Origin: Patescibacteria group bacterium
Lineage (GTDB): Bacteria; Patescibacteriota; Minisyncoccia; Phycocordibacterales; CAIZLB01
NCBI GenBank assembly: GCA_040386515.1
Contig: JAZKFG010000002.1
Location: forward strand, 15,074 to 79,073
Length of the DNA stretch: 64,000 bases
Direction of reading: 5' to 3'
Each line of letters begins with the position of its first letter. The first letter of the stretch is position 1. Positions 26,337 through 36,233 of the stretch are shown here, piece after piece. The notes beneath the pieces are model-generated. The model was given only the letters and a program-made list of their open reading frames with translations. It was not told the DNA's origin and searched no databases. The translations under genes and the position numbers were made by a program.

Positions 26337-27749
26337 ATGACTACAGATAACAATGCCGGAAAGGTAAGTATGGAAGATATTATTTCGCTATGTAAAAGAC
26401 GAGGGTTTATTTACCAAGGGTCTGAGATTTATGGTGGTTTGGCAGGGACATGGGATTACGGTCCGTTGGGAGTAATGCTTAAAAATTCTATCAAAGGATT
26501 GTGGTGGAAGCGTTTTGTTGATGACAGGCTTGATATGTACGGAGTTGATGCAGCTCTCCTTATGAATCCAAAGGTTTGGGTTTCTTCAGGACATGTAGGT
26601 GGATTTGCTGATCCGTTGGTTGAAGATTTAAAAACAAAGAAAAGATACAGAGCTGATCATTTGCTTGAAGAAGCTGGTTTAAATCCAGCAGGAAAATCTC
26701 CTGCAGAGATGACAGAAATGATGAAAGATAATGGAGTTAAAAGTCCTGATGGAAATGCACTTGGAGAAGTTCGACAGTTTAACATGATGTTTAAAACAAA
26801 CATCGGTGCTATTGAGTCTGATGAAAATATTTCTTACTTACGACCAGAAACTGCACAAGGTATGTTTGTTAACTTTAAAAATATTCTAGATACATTTCAT
26901 CCAAAGCTTCCATTCGGTATGGCACAGATTGGTAAAGCGTTTAGAAATGAAATTGCTCCTCGAGATTTTGTGTTTCGAGTTCGAGAATTTGAGCAAATGG
27001 AAATTGAGTATTTTGTAAATCCAAATCTTGATGCGTCTCATGAAGCAAGTTGGCAAAAAGTGTTTGAATCATTTAGAAAAGAAGTGTGGAATTTTATAAA
27101 AGAAATTGGTCTTGAAGAATCAAAGCTACATGAGCTTGAAATAGGGGACGGTGATAGGGCTCATTATTCTGCTCGAACAATTGATTTTGAGTATGATTTT
27201 CCATTTGGAAAAAAAGAGCTATACGGTTTGGCATACAGAACTGACTTTGATCTTAAGGCACATACTGAAGGATCTAAAGTTGATTTGTCATATTTTGATG
27301 AAGAAGCTAAGGCTAGATTCATACCTCATTGTATAGAACCATCTTTTGGATTGGATAGAACTGTTCTTGCAGTATTGGCTACTGCATACAGTACAGATAG
27401 TTTAGGTGGAGAAGAGCGGGTATATTTAAAACTTTCTCCTGAAGTTGCACCGTACAGAATTGCTGTATTTCCGCTTTTGAAAAATAAAGAAGAGCTTACT
27501 GATAAGGCAAAAGAAGTTTGGAAAATTCTCCGAGATGCTGCAACTGCAAAAGGGTTGTCTGCAGCTAAGATTTGTTACGACGAAGCGGGAAGTATTGGAA
27601 AGCGATACCGACGACAGGATGAGATTGGAACACCTATGTGTGTGACTGTGGATTTTGATTCTCTTGAAAAGGGAACAGTGACTGTGAGAGATAGAGATAC
27701 TGGGGAGCAGAAGGTTATGGGTATTGATGAGTTGAGTAAATTGCTGTAA
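26337..27749 (+). CDS. glyQS: glycyl-tRNA synthetase (alpha2 dimeric type)
   Basis: GFIYQGSEIYGGLAGTWDYGPLG, class II motifs and a C-terminal anticodon-binding domain. Confidence 0.85.
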   Translation: MTTDNNAGKVSMEDIISLCKRRGFIYQGSEIYGGLAGTWDYGPLGVMLKNSIKGLWWKRFVDDRLDMYGVDAALLMNPKVWVSSGHVGGFADPLVEDLKTKKRYRADHLLEEAGLNPAGKSPAEMTEMMKDNGVKSPDGNALGEVRQFNMMFKTNIGAIESDENISYLRPETAQGMFVNFKNILDTFHPKLPFGMAQIGKAFRNEIAPRDFVFRVREFEQMEIEYFVNPNLDASHEASWQKVFESFRKEVWNFIKEIGLEESKLHELEIGDGDRAHYSARTIDFEYDFPFGKKELYGLAYRTDFDLKAHTEGSKVDLSYFDEEAKARFIPHCIEPSFGLDRTVLAVLATAYSTDSLGGEERVYLKLSPEVAPYRIAVFPLLKNKEELTDKAKEVWKILRDAATAKGLSAAKICYDEAGSIGKRYRRQDEIGTPMCVTVDFDSLEKGTVTVRDRDTGEQKVMGIDELSKLL

Positions 27750-27753
27750 GAAT

Positions 27754-28515
27754 ATGAGAAAAATTGTATTAATACTTATATTATTAATATTGGTCTTTAT
27801 ACAATTACAAATAAGTTTAAAAATCCCTTTCGACAAAGAGTTTTTAACAGGTTTGATAAATGGTATTCTTTCTAACTTAGTAATATTTTTTGTAGGTATT
27901 TTTGTAATTGATAAAATTATTAAAAATATCGAAAAAGATAAGTTAAGTTTAATCAATAAGGAAAAATCATTCTTTTTTAAATTCAAATTAAATATCTTTG
28001 CATTAAAGTTGTTGCAGCATTTACAGGTTATATCTGTACAAACAAGGCAAGCTAAATTATCCAACGATAAAGGTATAACTTTCAATTGGGTAATGGATGA
28101 ATTTCAGGCATTAACTCAAAATAAAAGTTTTATTGAAATAGTAAATACTCAGTTAGCAAGAAAGACAAATAAACAGAAATATTTACAAAAACTGAGTGAT
28201 ATTTTGAAGGACGACTCAAAGGGTTTTACGGATCAATTAAAAGAAATTTATCCGCATTACGCACCAGATGTATATGAGCTCACTCAAATATTTCCCAAAG
28301 CAGCTGGATTTATATCAGGGATGGCCACAACTTTTTTGGCAGTAGATAAAGCAAATGAAAAAATAGTTAACACTGAGCAAAAAATTCCAGCGGAATTATT
28401 TACCCATATTCTCACCAAAGTAATGATTTCAGATTTCATTAACTTAAATGACGTATTTGTTAATTTAAAAAAGTTATCAGCACGCTCAGAGAATAATGAT
28501 TTATTCATTAAATAA
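27754..28515 (+). CDS. hypothetical membrane protein in a markedly AT-rich segment
   Basis: 253 aa. N-terminal TM helices. Composition is I/K/N/F-rich, and the DNA is visibly more AT-rich than the flanking genes. Confidence 0.35.
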   Translation: MRKIVLILILLILVFIQLQISLKIPFDKEFLTGLINGILSNLVIFFVGIFVIDKIIKNIEKDKLSLINKEKSFFFKFKLNIFALKLLQHLQVISVQTRQAKLSNDKGITFNWVMDEFQALTQNKSFIEIVNTQLARKTNKQKYLQKLSDILKDDSKGFTDQLKEIYPHYAPDVYELTQIFPKAAGFISGMATTFLAVDKANEKIVNTEQKIPAELFTHILTKVMISDFINLNDVFVNLKKLSARSENNDLFIK

Positions 28516-28562
28516 TTCTTTATTCTTTTGCCTCCTACCCAAATCCATAGTACACTCAGCAC

Positions 28563-29834
28563 ATGAACACCTCTCATGTGCCAAAGCCAAAAAAGCTTAA
28601 AAATGGCTTACAATATCTAATCCTCCCAACAGATAGTCAAACAGTCTCAGTATCAGTCATGGTCAAAACAGGCTCTGCCTTCGAGTCTAAAAAGGAAAAT
28701 GGTATTGCTCACTTCCTGGAGCATATGATGTTTAAGGGCACGCAAAAACGTCTTACTGCTAAAGATGTTGCAATAGATTTTGAAAAAATTGGTGCTATAA
28801 ACAATGCCTTCACTTCACATACAACAACGGGGTATTGGGCTAAAGCGCAAAAGGACCATGCTCACACAATCCTTGAGATTCTGTCTGACATTTACAATAA
28901 TGCGCAGTTTAGAACTGTTGAAATAGAAAAAGAGAAAGGTGTTGTGCTTCAGGAAATGGCTATGTATGAAGATATGCCGCAAGAAAAAGTAAGCATGATG
29001 TTTGATGAGCTGATGTATCCTGATCAGGCATTTGGTCGAAGTATTCTTGGCAGTAAAGAAACAGTAAACAGTTTAAATGAAAAACAACTTCGAAATTTTT
29101 ATAATACGCATTATGGACGTGAAAGAACATGGATTGTTATTTCAGGTGGAGTGGATGCGGCAGCGATTGAAAAAGATATTAAAAAGTATTTTGGAAATGC
29201 GCAAGATAAAGTTCATGTCGAGCAAAAACTCATTGAGCCAAAGGTTAAAAAAGCAGGGGAGAAGTATTCTTTTAAAGAGAAGAAAACGGATCAGGTTCAT
29301 TTTGTACTAGGTATGCAAGCGGATGGATATTTAAGTGAGGATAGATATGTGTATCAAATCCTAGCCACAATTCTTGGCCGCGGCATGAGTTCAAGATTAT
29401 TTATTAAAATGCGAGAAGAGTTGGGTATTTGCTATTATACAAATGCTGGATATGGAACACTCACAGAAACAGTGGGACAGTTTGGAGTAAGTGCTGGGGT
29501 AGATGTAAAAAGAGTAGATCTTGGGCTAAAAACTGTTATTGAGGAGTGCATGCAATTTACCAAAGAATTAGTATCTGATGATGAGCTTGCCAAAGCAAAG
29601 CAAATGCTTAAATCTAGTATTGCTATGAATATGGAGACTGCTGAGGATATTGCTAACTTCTACGCTACTCAGTATATGAGAAATGTGAAAATTAAAACTC
29701 CCGATCAAATATACAAAATGCTGGACAAGGTGACTGCCGAGGACGTTATGAGAATTGCCAAGAAAACCTTTATTTTAAAGGATATGTATTTGGCTGCCAT
29801 AGGTGAGAACATATCAGGGTTGCGTATAATGTAA
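28563..29834 (+). CDS. M16 family zinc peptidase (second copy)
   Basis: HFLEHMMFKGT matches the HxxEH motif. 423 aa. Confidence 0.7.
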   Translation: MNTSHVPKPKKLKNGLQYLILPTDSQTVSVSVMVKTGSAFESKKENGIAHFLEHMMFKGTQKRLTAKDVAIDFEKIGAINNAFTSHTTTGYWAKAQKDHAHTILEILSDIYNNAQFRTVEIEKEKGVVLQEMAMYEDMPQEKVSMMFDELMYPDQAFGRSILGSKETVNSLNEKQLRNFYNTHYGRERTWIVISGGVDAAAIEKDIKKYFGNAQDKVHVEQKLIEPKVKKAGEKYSFKEKKTDQVHFVLGMQADGYLSEDRYVYQILATILGRGMSSRLFIKMREELGICYYTNAGYGTLTETVGQFGVSAGVDVKRVDLGLKTVIEECMQFTKELVSDDELAKAKQMLKSSIAMNMETAEDIANFYATQYMRNVKIKTPDQIYKMLDKVTAEDVMRIAKKTFILKDMYLAAIGENISGLRIM

Positions 29835-29856
29835 ATGAACATGATATACTCCTAAT

Positions 29857-30933
29857 ATGAATATTACAGGAGGAACAATCGCCAAAGTTATTTGTGGAAT
29901 ATTTGCCTTCTTCGCAATTGTCCATCTTCAGTCGCTCATAGTTTCAATATTGGTTGCGGTAGTGGTTGCATCATTTATAGAACCATTAATTCTATTCTTT
30001 ACTAAGAGAGGGCTTGGAAGAGGGGTGTCTGTATTTATTACCTATGCACTTATACTTGCTGTTGTGATGTCATTTATTTTTCTTGCCTTGCCACCGCTCG
30101 TACGAGAAACATTTTCAGCAATTAACTCTTTGCCAACGACTATAAAAACAGCAGATGTATTGAATCCAATACAAAAGAGTTTGTATACGGTAGCGCGAAA
30201 TATTTTCCCTGATATACCACAGCGAATCTCTATTGAGGATTTGGTAGGATTGATTACATCTTCGTTCTCCAACTTTGTAGGAGGAGTATTTGATACAGTA
30301 AGCAGATTCTTTGGGGGAGTAATTAGTTTTGTAATTGTTATTGTATTATCAGTATATTTGTCTATTGAACACAGGGGTGTGGCACGATTTCTTGGACTTA
30401 TCACTCCGCGGCAATACGAAAAATACGTAATCGACTTATGGACACGTGTTCAGATCAAAATTGGACGGTGGATTCAAGGTCAGTTTATATTAATGGGAAT
30501 TATATTCGTATTAGTGTTTATTTCATTATCTATTTGTAAATTGGTTCTCGGTGATCAGATACAGCATGTATTCTTGCTCTCACTTATTGCTGGCGTACTT
30601 GAGTTTATACCTGTAATTGGGGTTATAGTATCGACTATCATTGCATTCCTATTCACACTGTTAAATGGAGGAGTATCGGTTGCAGTGCTTGTGGTAATTA
30701 TTTTTACTCTTATTCATCAGACAGAATCGCATATCTTTTATCCATTGGTCATGAAGAAGATTACAGGAGTTCCGCCTCTTCTTGTTATTATTTCGCTTGT
30801 AGCAGGTATTGAGCTTGCTGGTTTTGTAGGAGTACTTCTCTCGATTCCCGCTGCAGTACTTATTGTAGAATATCTTGACGATCACAACCGACGCAAGCAA
30901 ATGCTTGAAAATGCTGCTAGAGACGAGGAATAG
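29857..30933 (+). CDS. AI-2E family transporter (PerM/UPF0118-like)
   Basis: 358 aa with about eight TM helices. Topology and length fit AI-2E family permeases. Confidence 0.5.
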   Translation: MNITGGTIAKVICGIFAFFAIVHLQSLIVSILVAVVVASFIEPLILFFTKRGLGRGVSVFITYALILAVVMSFIFLALPPLVRETFSAINSLPTTIKTADVLNPIQKSLYTVARNIFPDIPQRISIEDLVGLITSSFSNFVGGVFDTVSRFFGGVISFVIVIVLSVYLSIEHRGVARFLGLITPRQYEKYVIDLWTRVQIKIGRWIQGQFILMGIIFVLVFISLSICKLVLGDQIQHVFLLSLIAGVLEFIPVIGVIVSTIIAFLFTLLNGGVSVAVLVVIIFTLIHQTESHIFYPLVMKKITGVPPLLVIISLVAGIELAGFVGVLLSIPAAVLIVEYLDDHNRRKQMLENAARDEE

Positions 30934-30953
30934 GGTGTGCTACTATAGAATGT

Positions 30954-32399
30954 ATGACCGACCCATTCTATATCACAACCCCAATATTTTATCCTAATGG
31001 TAAGCTCCATATCGGACATCTCTATACTGAGACGGTCTGTGATGTTTTTGCACGAATGGCTCGAATGGTAGGCAGACCTACATACTTTTTAACAGGTGCA
31101 GATGAAAACAGTTTAAAGATTGAAGAAACAGCCAAGAAACATGGTAAGGGTATTATGGAATTTTTGGATGAGCAGTCTATTGATTTTCAAAGGTTATTTG
31201 CAGAATTTCATATATCATATGATCAATATATTCGTACAACCGATCCTGACGTGCATCATATTGGTGTAATTGAAATGTGGAATCGTATTAAAAAAGCAGG
31301 GGATATATATGAAGGTGAGTATGAAGGGTATTATTGTGTTGGATGTGAAGGATTTAAAACTGAAAAAGATTTGATAGATGGTAAATGTCCTATTCATGAT
31401 ACTGTGGCAGAATTCTTGAAAGAGAAAAACTATTTTTTCAGACTTTCAAAATATTCAGATGAAATTAAGAAACGTATTGAATCAGGGGAATTTAAAATTA
31501 CTCCAGAAGCTCGGCGTAACGAAGTATTGGCACATCTTGAAGAAGGCTTAACAGACATCAGTTTTTCAAGACCAAACAAAGGCCAGCCAAATACAATTCC
31601 TGTTCCTGAAGATCCGACACAGGCTATTTATGTGTGGGGGGATGCGCTTGTAAACTATATTTCAGCGCTTGGATTTGGTACTGGTGCTACAACTCTTTTT
31701 GATAGATTCTGGCCAGCAACGGTACAGATTATGGGAAAAGATATTATTCGATTCCATGCTGAAATTTGGGCAGGTATGCTTTTGTCTGCTGGACTTCCAT
31801 TGCCTAAAGAGATTCTTGCACATGGACTTCTCCTTTCAGGTGGAAGAAAAATGGGTAAATCAAATGGAAATGGAATTGATCCTGAGGAAATGATTGCACT
31901 TGTTGGGGCAGAAGGGCTTCGATTTTATTTTGCATATGAAGTACCTCTTACTGATGACGGAGAAATATCAAAAGATTTAATCATTGCATCGTATAACGCG
32001 CATCTTGCGAATGGTATTGGAAACCTTACTAATAGATTATTGAAAATGGCCATATCATATGATGTTCAATTTGACCCTTATGCTGCAAAGGCTATGCCAC
32101 TTTGGGATATATGTCTTTCTACTACTCGAGAATGTTTGAAGAATCTGGATATTACTGGCTACTCTGCTTTTGTGTGGAAAGAGTTTGCAGGTATTGATAA
32201 AGAAATTCAAGATACTGAACCATTCAAATTATTTAAAACAGACTCGGAAAAAGCTCGTGCAATTGTGAGTGAGATGATGATGAAGTTTTATATCTTGGCA
32301 AATTTTGCTGAGCCTATTTTGCCGCATACTGTGCCGCATATTGTGCGATGTATCGAAACTCGAACAATGCCAGAGCAGGCTTTGTTCTTAAAAATATAA
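30954..32399 (+). CDS. metG: methionyl-tRNA synthetase (minimal form lacking the C-terminal tRNA-binding domain)
   Basis: PIFYPNGKLHIGHLYT (HIGH), KMGKS (KMSKS) and a CxxC knuckle (CVGCEG...CPIH). Confidence 0.85.
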   Translation: MTDPFYITTPIFYPNGKLHIGHLYTETVCDVFARMARMVGRPTYFLTGADENSLKIEETAKKHGKGIMEFLDEQSIDFQRLFAEFHISYDQYIRTTDPDVHHIGVIEMWNRIKKAGDIYEGEYEGYYCVGCEGFKTEKDLIDGKCPIHDTVAEFLKEKNYFFRLSKYSDEIKKRIESGEFKITPEARRNEVLAHLEEGLTDISFSRPNKGQPNTIPVPEDPTQAIYVWGDALVNYISALGFGTGATTLFDRFWPATVQIMGKDIIRFHAEIWAGMLLSAGLPLPKEILAHGLLLSGGRKMGKSNGNGIDPEEMIALVGAEGLRFYFAYEVPLTDDGEISKDLIIASYNAHLANGIGNLTNRLLKMAISYDVQFDPYAAKAMPLWDICLSTTRECLKNLDITGYSAFVWKEFAGIDKEIQDTEPFKLFKTDSEKARAIVSEMMMKFYILANFAEPILPHTVPHIVRCIETRTMPEQALFLKI

Positions 32400-32411
32400 G
32401 TGTCAATAGTC

Positions 32412-33263
32412 ATGTCAAGCCCAACACAGTCGTCAACTCAAGAATTTCCATATGTTGATTTGCATAGCCATCTTCAGTTTGAGGATTTTGATGTAGATAG
32501 AGAAGGGATAATTGCGAAGATGCAGGAGGAGGGCGTTATTACTATCAATGTAGGGACAACGCTTGAGACTTCAAGACTTGGTGTAGAGCTTGCAGCAAAT
32601 TATGCCGAGACCTGTTACGCCACAGTGGGTTTGCATCCGGTGTACGCGGACGAAGGCAAGGAAGAGCAGGGTCTTGAAAATCTTATTGTACATGATACAA
32701 GTGGGCAAATTGTAGGAATAGGAGAGTGTGGTATGGATTTTTTTAGAGGTATAAAAGTCGAAGAAGATAAATTTGCTGAATCTGAAGACAAGGTGATTCA
32801 AGAAAAAGTTTTTATTGATCAAATACAATTGGCAATAAAACACAATTTGCCGCTCATGCTTCATGTTCGGGATTCCTATCAAAAAACTTTAGAAATTCTT
32901 TCAAAATACTTTAAGGCAGGGGAGTTAGAGTATAGAGGGAATGCTCATTTCTTTGTCGGCACAATAGAAGAGGCTCGAGCATTCTTAAATCTTGGTTTTA
33001 GCATATCTTTCACAGGTGTTATTACATTTGTACCTGCATATGAAGAGTTGGTTCGTTTTGTTCCACTTGAGCGTATGTTTGCCGAGACTGATAGTCCGTA
33101 TGTCTCTCCTGTACCGTTTAGAGGAAAGCGCAATAATCCTGTACATGTGATTGAGGTCTATAAAAAGATAGCTGAGATTAAGAATATTCCTCTTGAGGTT
33201 GTAAAAGAAACCTTGTATAAAAACGCTTGTAAATACTGGCTAAAAAGCCGACATATTGACTAG
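32412..33263 (+). CDS. tatD: TatD family metal-dependent deoxyribonuclease
   Basis: VDLHSHLQFEDF, HVRDS and FAETDSPY motifs. ORF track uses GTG 32400; first ATG is 32412. metG-tatD synteny. Confidence 0.7.
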   Translation: MSSPTQSSTQEFPYVDLHSHLQFEDFDVDREGIIAKMQEEGVITINVGTTLETSRLGVELAANYAETCYATVGLHPVYADEGKEEQGLENLIVHDTSGQIVGIGECGMDFFRGIKVEEDKFAESEDKVIQEKVFIDQIQLAIKHNLPLMLHVRDSYQKTLEILSKYFKAGELEYRGNAHFFVGTIEEARAFLNLGFSISFTGVITFVPAYEELVRFVPLERMFAETDSPYVSPVPFRGKRNNPVHVIEVYKKIAEIKNIPLEVVKETLYKNACKYWLKSRHID

Positions 33264-33296
33264 CTTTTATCAAAGTTCTGTGCTAAAGTAACCGTC

Positions 33297-33767
33297 ATGA
33301 CCGAAAATAAAACAATAAGCACAAAGGAAGGCTTCAAGGTATATGAATTAGGTATTCATCTCCTCCCGACCCTCTCTGAGGCTGATGTTCAGGTAGAATT
33401 TTCAAAAATTAAAGCACAAATCGAGAAGCTACAAGGAGAATTTATCTCTGAGTCTGCACCTCGACTGTTCACTTTAGCGTATGAGATTCCAAAGACTATC
33501 AAAGCTCAAAAGAGATGGTATGAAACCGCGTACTTTGGCTGGGTTAAGTTCGAATTAGAAGCAAAAGAACTCGCAGCGTTTGAAAAGTTTGTTAAAGAAC
33601 TTGAAAATACACTACGATATCTACTCGTAAAAACAGTACGAGAAGATACTATTGTTTCTCCAGATCTCCTTGCCAATGATATCGTGATTACGGAAGATGT
33701 TACTATAGCAAAAGATGTTGCACCAGAAGCTTCAGTAGAAGCTCCTGTTGAAACAGAAACGCTATAA
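33297..33767 (+). CDS. rpsF: 30S ribosomal protein S6
   Basis: KVYELGIHLLPTLSEADVQ...RLFTLAYEIPK, with an acidic C-terminal tail. Precedes ssb-rpsR. Confidence 0.7.
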   Translation: MTENKTISTKEGFKVYELGIHLLPTLSEADVQVEFSKIKAQIEKLQGEFISESAPRLFTLAYEIPKTIKAQKRWYETAYFGWVKFELEAKELAAFEKFVKELENTLRYLLVKTVREDTIVSPDLLANDIVITEDVTIAKDVAPEASVEAPVETETL

Positions 33768-33841
33768 TTCTGCTATACTTTTTAGTGTTCAACGTGTGTC
33801 AAAACATACATTATCAGCTAAAAAATTAAACAAAACGTACC

Positions 33842-34318
33842 ATGTACATAAACAAAGTAACTTTATACGGGAATCTTACTAAAGATCCAGAACTAAAATC
33901 ATTACCAAACGGTACTCATGTAAGCTCATTCAGTGTAGCTACAAACCGAGCAGTTAAAGATCAGTCTGGAGCTCGTAAAGATGTTCCTGAGTATCACAAT
34001 GTTGTAGCTTTTGGAAAGCAGGCAGAATTGATACATCAGTATATAAAAAAGGGTAATCCAATTTATCTAGATGGTCGAATTCAAACTCGTTCATGGGATG
34101 GTCAAGATGGAAAGAAGCAATATAGAACAGAAGTTGTTCTTGAGAACTTCCAATTTGGTCCTAAAGGAACAGGTAGTGGGGCAGGGGCTGCAGGAGGAGG
34201 ATACAATTCTTCATCAGCACATGACTCTGATTCAGCATCGCAAGATACAGGGAGCTCTGATATTGGTACAGTTAAATATCCAGACGAAGAAATCAATCCT
34301 GAAGATATTCCATTCTAA
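33842..34318 (+). CDS. ssb: single-stranded DNA-binding protein
   Basis: OB-fold N-terminus, Gly-rich linker, C-terminal acidic tail ending DIPF. Confidence 0.85.
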   Translation: MYINKVTLYGNLTKDPELKSLPNGTHVSSFSVATNRAVKDQSGARKDVPEYHNVVAFGKQAELIHQYIKKGNPIYLDGRIQTRSWDGQDGKKQYRTEVVLENFQFGPKGTGSGAGAAGGGYNSSSAHDSDSASQDTGSSDIGTVKYPDEEINPEDIPF

Positions 34319-34347
34319 TTATAAATATTAAAAATCATACATATTAC

Positions 34348-34554
34348 ATGTCAAAAAAGTGCTACTTCACAGAAAATAATATACAACACATTGACTATAA
34401 AAATGTGCATATATTAGGTAAATTCCTAAATAAATATGGTCGAATCGCAGGACGAAAGCGTTCTGGGGTAACTGCAAAGCATCAGAGAAATCTTGCTCTT
34501 GCTGTTAAGAGAGCTCGATTCATGGCTCTTATTCCATACATCAACAACGCATAA
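34348..34554 (+). CDS. rpsR: 30S ribosomal protein S18
   Basis: CYFTENNIQHIDYKNVHILGKFLNKYGRI...RAR matches the S18 signature. Confidence 0.85.
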   Translation: MSKKCYFTENNIQHIDYKNVHILGKFLNKYGRIAGRKRSGVTAKHQRNLALAVKRARFMALIPYINNA

Positions 34555-34565
34555 AGCGTAAGCAT

Positions 34566-34664
34566 AAAACCCTCGGGATAAACCGAGGGTTTTATGCTAT
34601 ACAATGGAAAAACAAAATACCTACACTTAGCTTAGTCTGCGGTGTAGGTATTTTGTTTTTGTGA
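34566..34664. terminator. two adjacent hairpin terminators between rpsR (+) and recA (-)
   Basis: aaaaccctcgg-gataaa-ccgagggtttt, then aaacaaaatacctacac ... gtgtaggtattttgttt. Confidence 0.6.
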
Positions 34665-34668
34665 TTGA

Positions 34669-35757
34669 TTATGCTTCTTTAAGCTTTGTTCTGATAATGC
34701 CGAGAATCTCATTCTTAAGTTCTACATTCTCCTTTAAGAATTGTCGTGTAGCATCGTAGCCTCGTCCAAGTTTTATATCGCCATATGCATATGAAGAACC
34801 ACTTTTTGTAATAATTTTCATATTTTCACCAAGAGCAATAATTTCTCCCTCAAGTGAAATACCTTCGTTGTACATAAGGTCGAATTCTGTTTGCTTGAAA
34901 GGAGCCGCTACTTTATTCTTAACTACTTTAACTCGTACTCGTCCTCCCATTACATCTTCACCTTTTTTGATTTGAGCAATACGTCGTATATCGAGTCTGA
35001 TAGAAGTGTAAAACTTCAAGGCTTTTCCTCCTGGTGTTGTTTCTGGATTACCAAACATTACACCAATTTGCATTCGTATCTGGTTTATAAAAATAACAAT
35101 AGTCTTACTTTTAGCCACAATAGCTGTAAGCTTTCGAAGTGCCTGTGACATAAGTCGAGCCTGTTTTCCAACATGCTGTGCACCCATTTCTCCTTCGATC
35201 TCATCTTTAGGGGTAAGGGCAGCAACTGAGTCAATAACAATAACATCTATCTTTCCACTTCGTACAAGACTCTCTGTGATCTCTAGTGCTTGTTCTCCAG
35301 CATCTGGCTGTGAAATAAGTAGGTTGTTGATGTTTACTCCTAGTCGAGCTGCATAATCAGGGTCCATGGCATGTTCTGCATCAATAAATGCACACACACC
35401 ATTTTTCTTTTGTGCTTCAGCAATAACATGAAGGGCAAGGGTGGTCTTACCTGATGATTCTGGTCCGAAGATCTCTATAATTCTTCCTCGTGGAAGTCCT
35501 CCAACCCCAAGTGCTGCATCAAGACCGATAGATCCTGTTGGTACAACATCAAGATCAACCTTAGGTTTTTCTCCAAGCTTCATAATAGATTCGTCACCGA
35601 AACGGCTTTTAATCTCTGCAATTGTATCGGCAATAGTGTCTTGAACTGAATCCTTACTTGATGCTTTCTTTTTAGCTGCTTTGGCATTCTCAATCTCGAG
35701 ATCTTCTAAAGCCATTTCTTCCTCTTCTGTTCGTTTTGCTGGTTTCTTTTTTTGCAT
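34669..35757 (-). CDS. recA: recombinase RecA
   Basis: Walker A ([12 protein letters not shown]), L1/L2 loops and a lysine-rich N-terminal extension. Confidence 0.9.
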   Translation of the reverse strand: MQKKKPAKRTEEEEMALEDLEIENAKAAKKKASSKDSVQDTIADTIAEIKSRFGDESIMKLGEKPKVDLDVVPTGSIGLDAALGVGGLPRGRIIEIFGPESSGKTTLALHVIAEAQKKNGVCAFIDAEHAMDPDYAARLGVNINNLLISQPDAGEQALEITESLVRSGKIDVIVIDSVAALTPKDEIEGEMGAQHVGKQARLMSQALRKLTAIVAKSKTIVIFINQIRMQIGVMFGNPETTPGGKALKFYTSIRLDIRRIAQIKKGEDVMGGRVRVKVVKNKVAAPFKQTEFDLMYNEGISLEGEIIALGENMKIITKSGSSYAYGDIKLGRGYDATRQFLKENVELKNEILGIIRTKLKEA

Positions 35758-35787
35758 AGTGGTATTTGGGTATTTATGTTTATGATT

Positions 35788-36177
35788 TTATAATCTCGTA
35801 TCTAAGTCCTTATCTGTATAGTATACACTGATATCTTTCTTGACTTCTTTGCCAAATCTATCTTTAGCTGAAATTGTTAAATTGTTAACTCCTGGATACA
35901 GGGTAATATATTCATTGAATTTACCTGCAGTATCTGTATATATTTTACGATTTCCAATATGAATTTCTGATATATTTGATGTGGCTCCCGATAAGGCATA
36001 CAGACTCTTTTCTGTTGTAATTTTCTCACATTCAGAAGTAGGGCAGAGTAGTTGCACACGAGGTCCTTCTACCACTTTTCTAAGCTCAAACGCTGTTAAT
36101 GCAAGTATGCTCAAAGTTCCTAATGTAAGTAACCCTATTTTAATCTTCGTTTTACCGTCTGTATACCCTAGTGTCAT
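35788..36177 (-). CDS. small secreted hypothetical protein
   Basis: 129 aa. N-terminal TM/signal segment. Beta-rich. Confidence 0.4.
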   Translation of the reverse strand: MTLGYTDGKTKIKIGLLTLGTLSILALTAFELRKVVEGPRVQLLCPTSECEKITTEKSLYALSGATSNISEIHIGNRKIYTDTAGKFNEYITLYPGVNNLTISAKDRFGKEVKKDISVYYTDKDLDTRL

Positions 36178-36233
36178 GATATTGTTTTGTAGTTAAACTT
36201 TTAATAAATTATTTATATAATATTGTACAATTT

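Noticed and set aside
34071-34331. 86-aa ORF nested in the 3' part of ssb
   Set aside because: It is an alternative frame of the Gly-rich SSB linker. SSB's C-terminal DIPF tail confirms the annotated frame.
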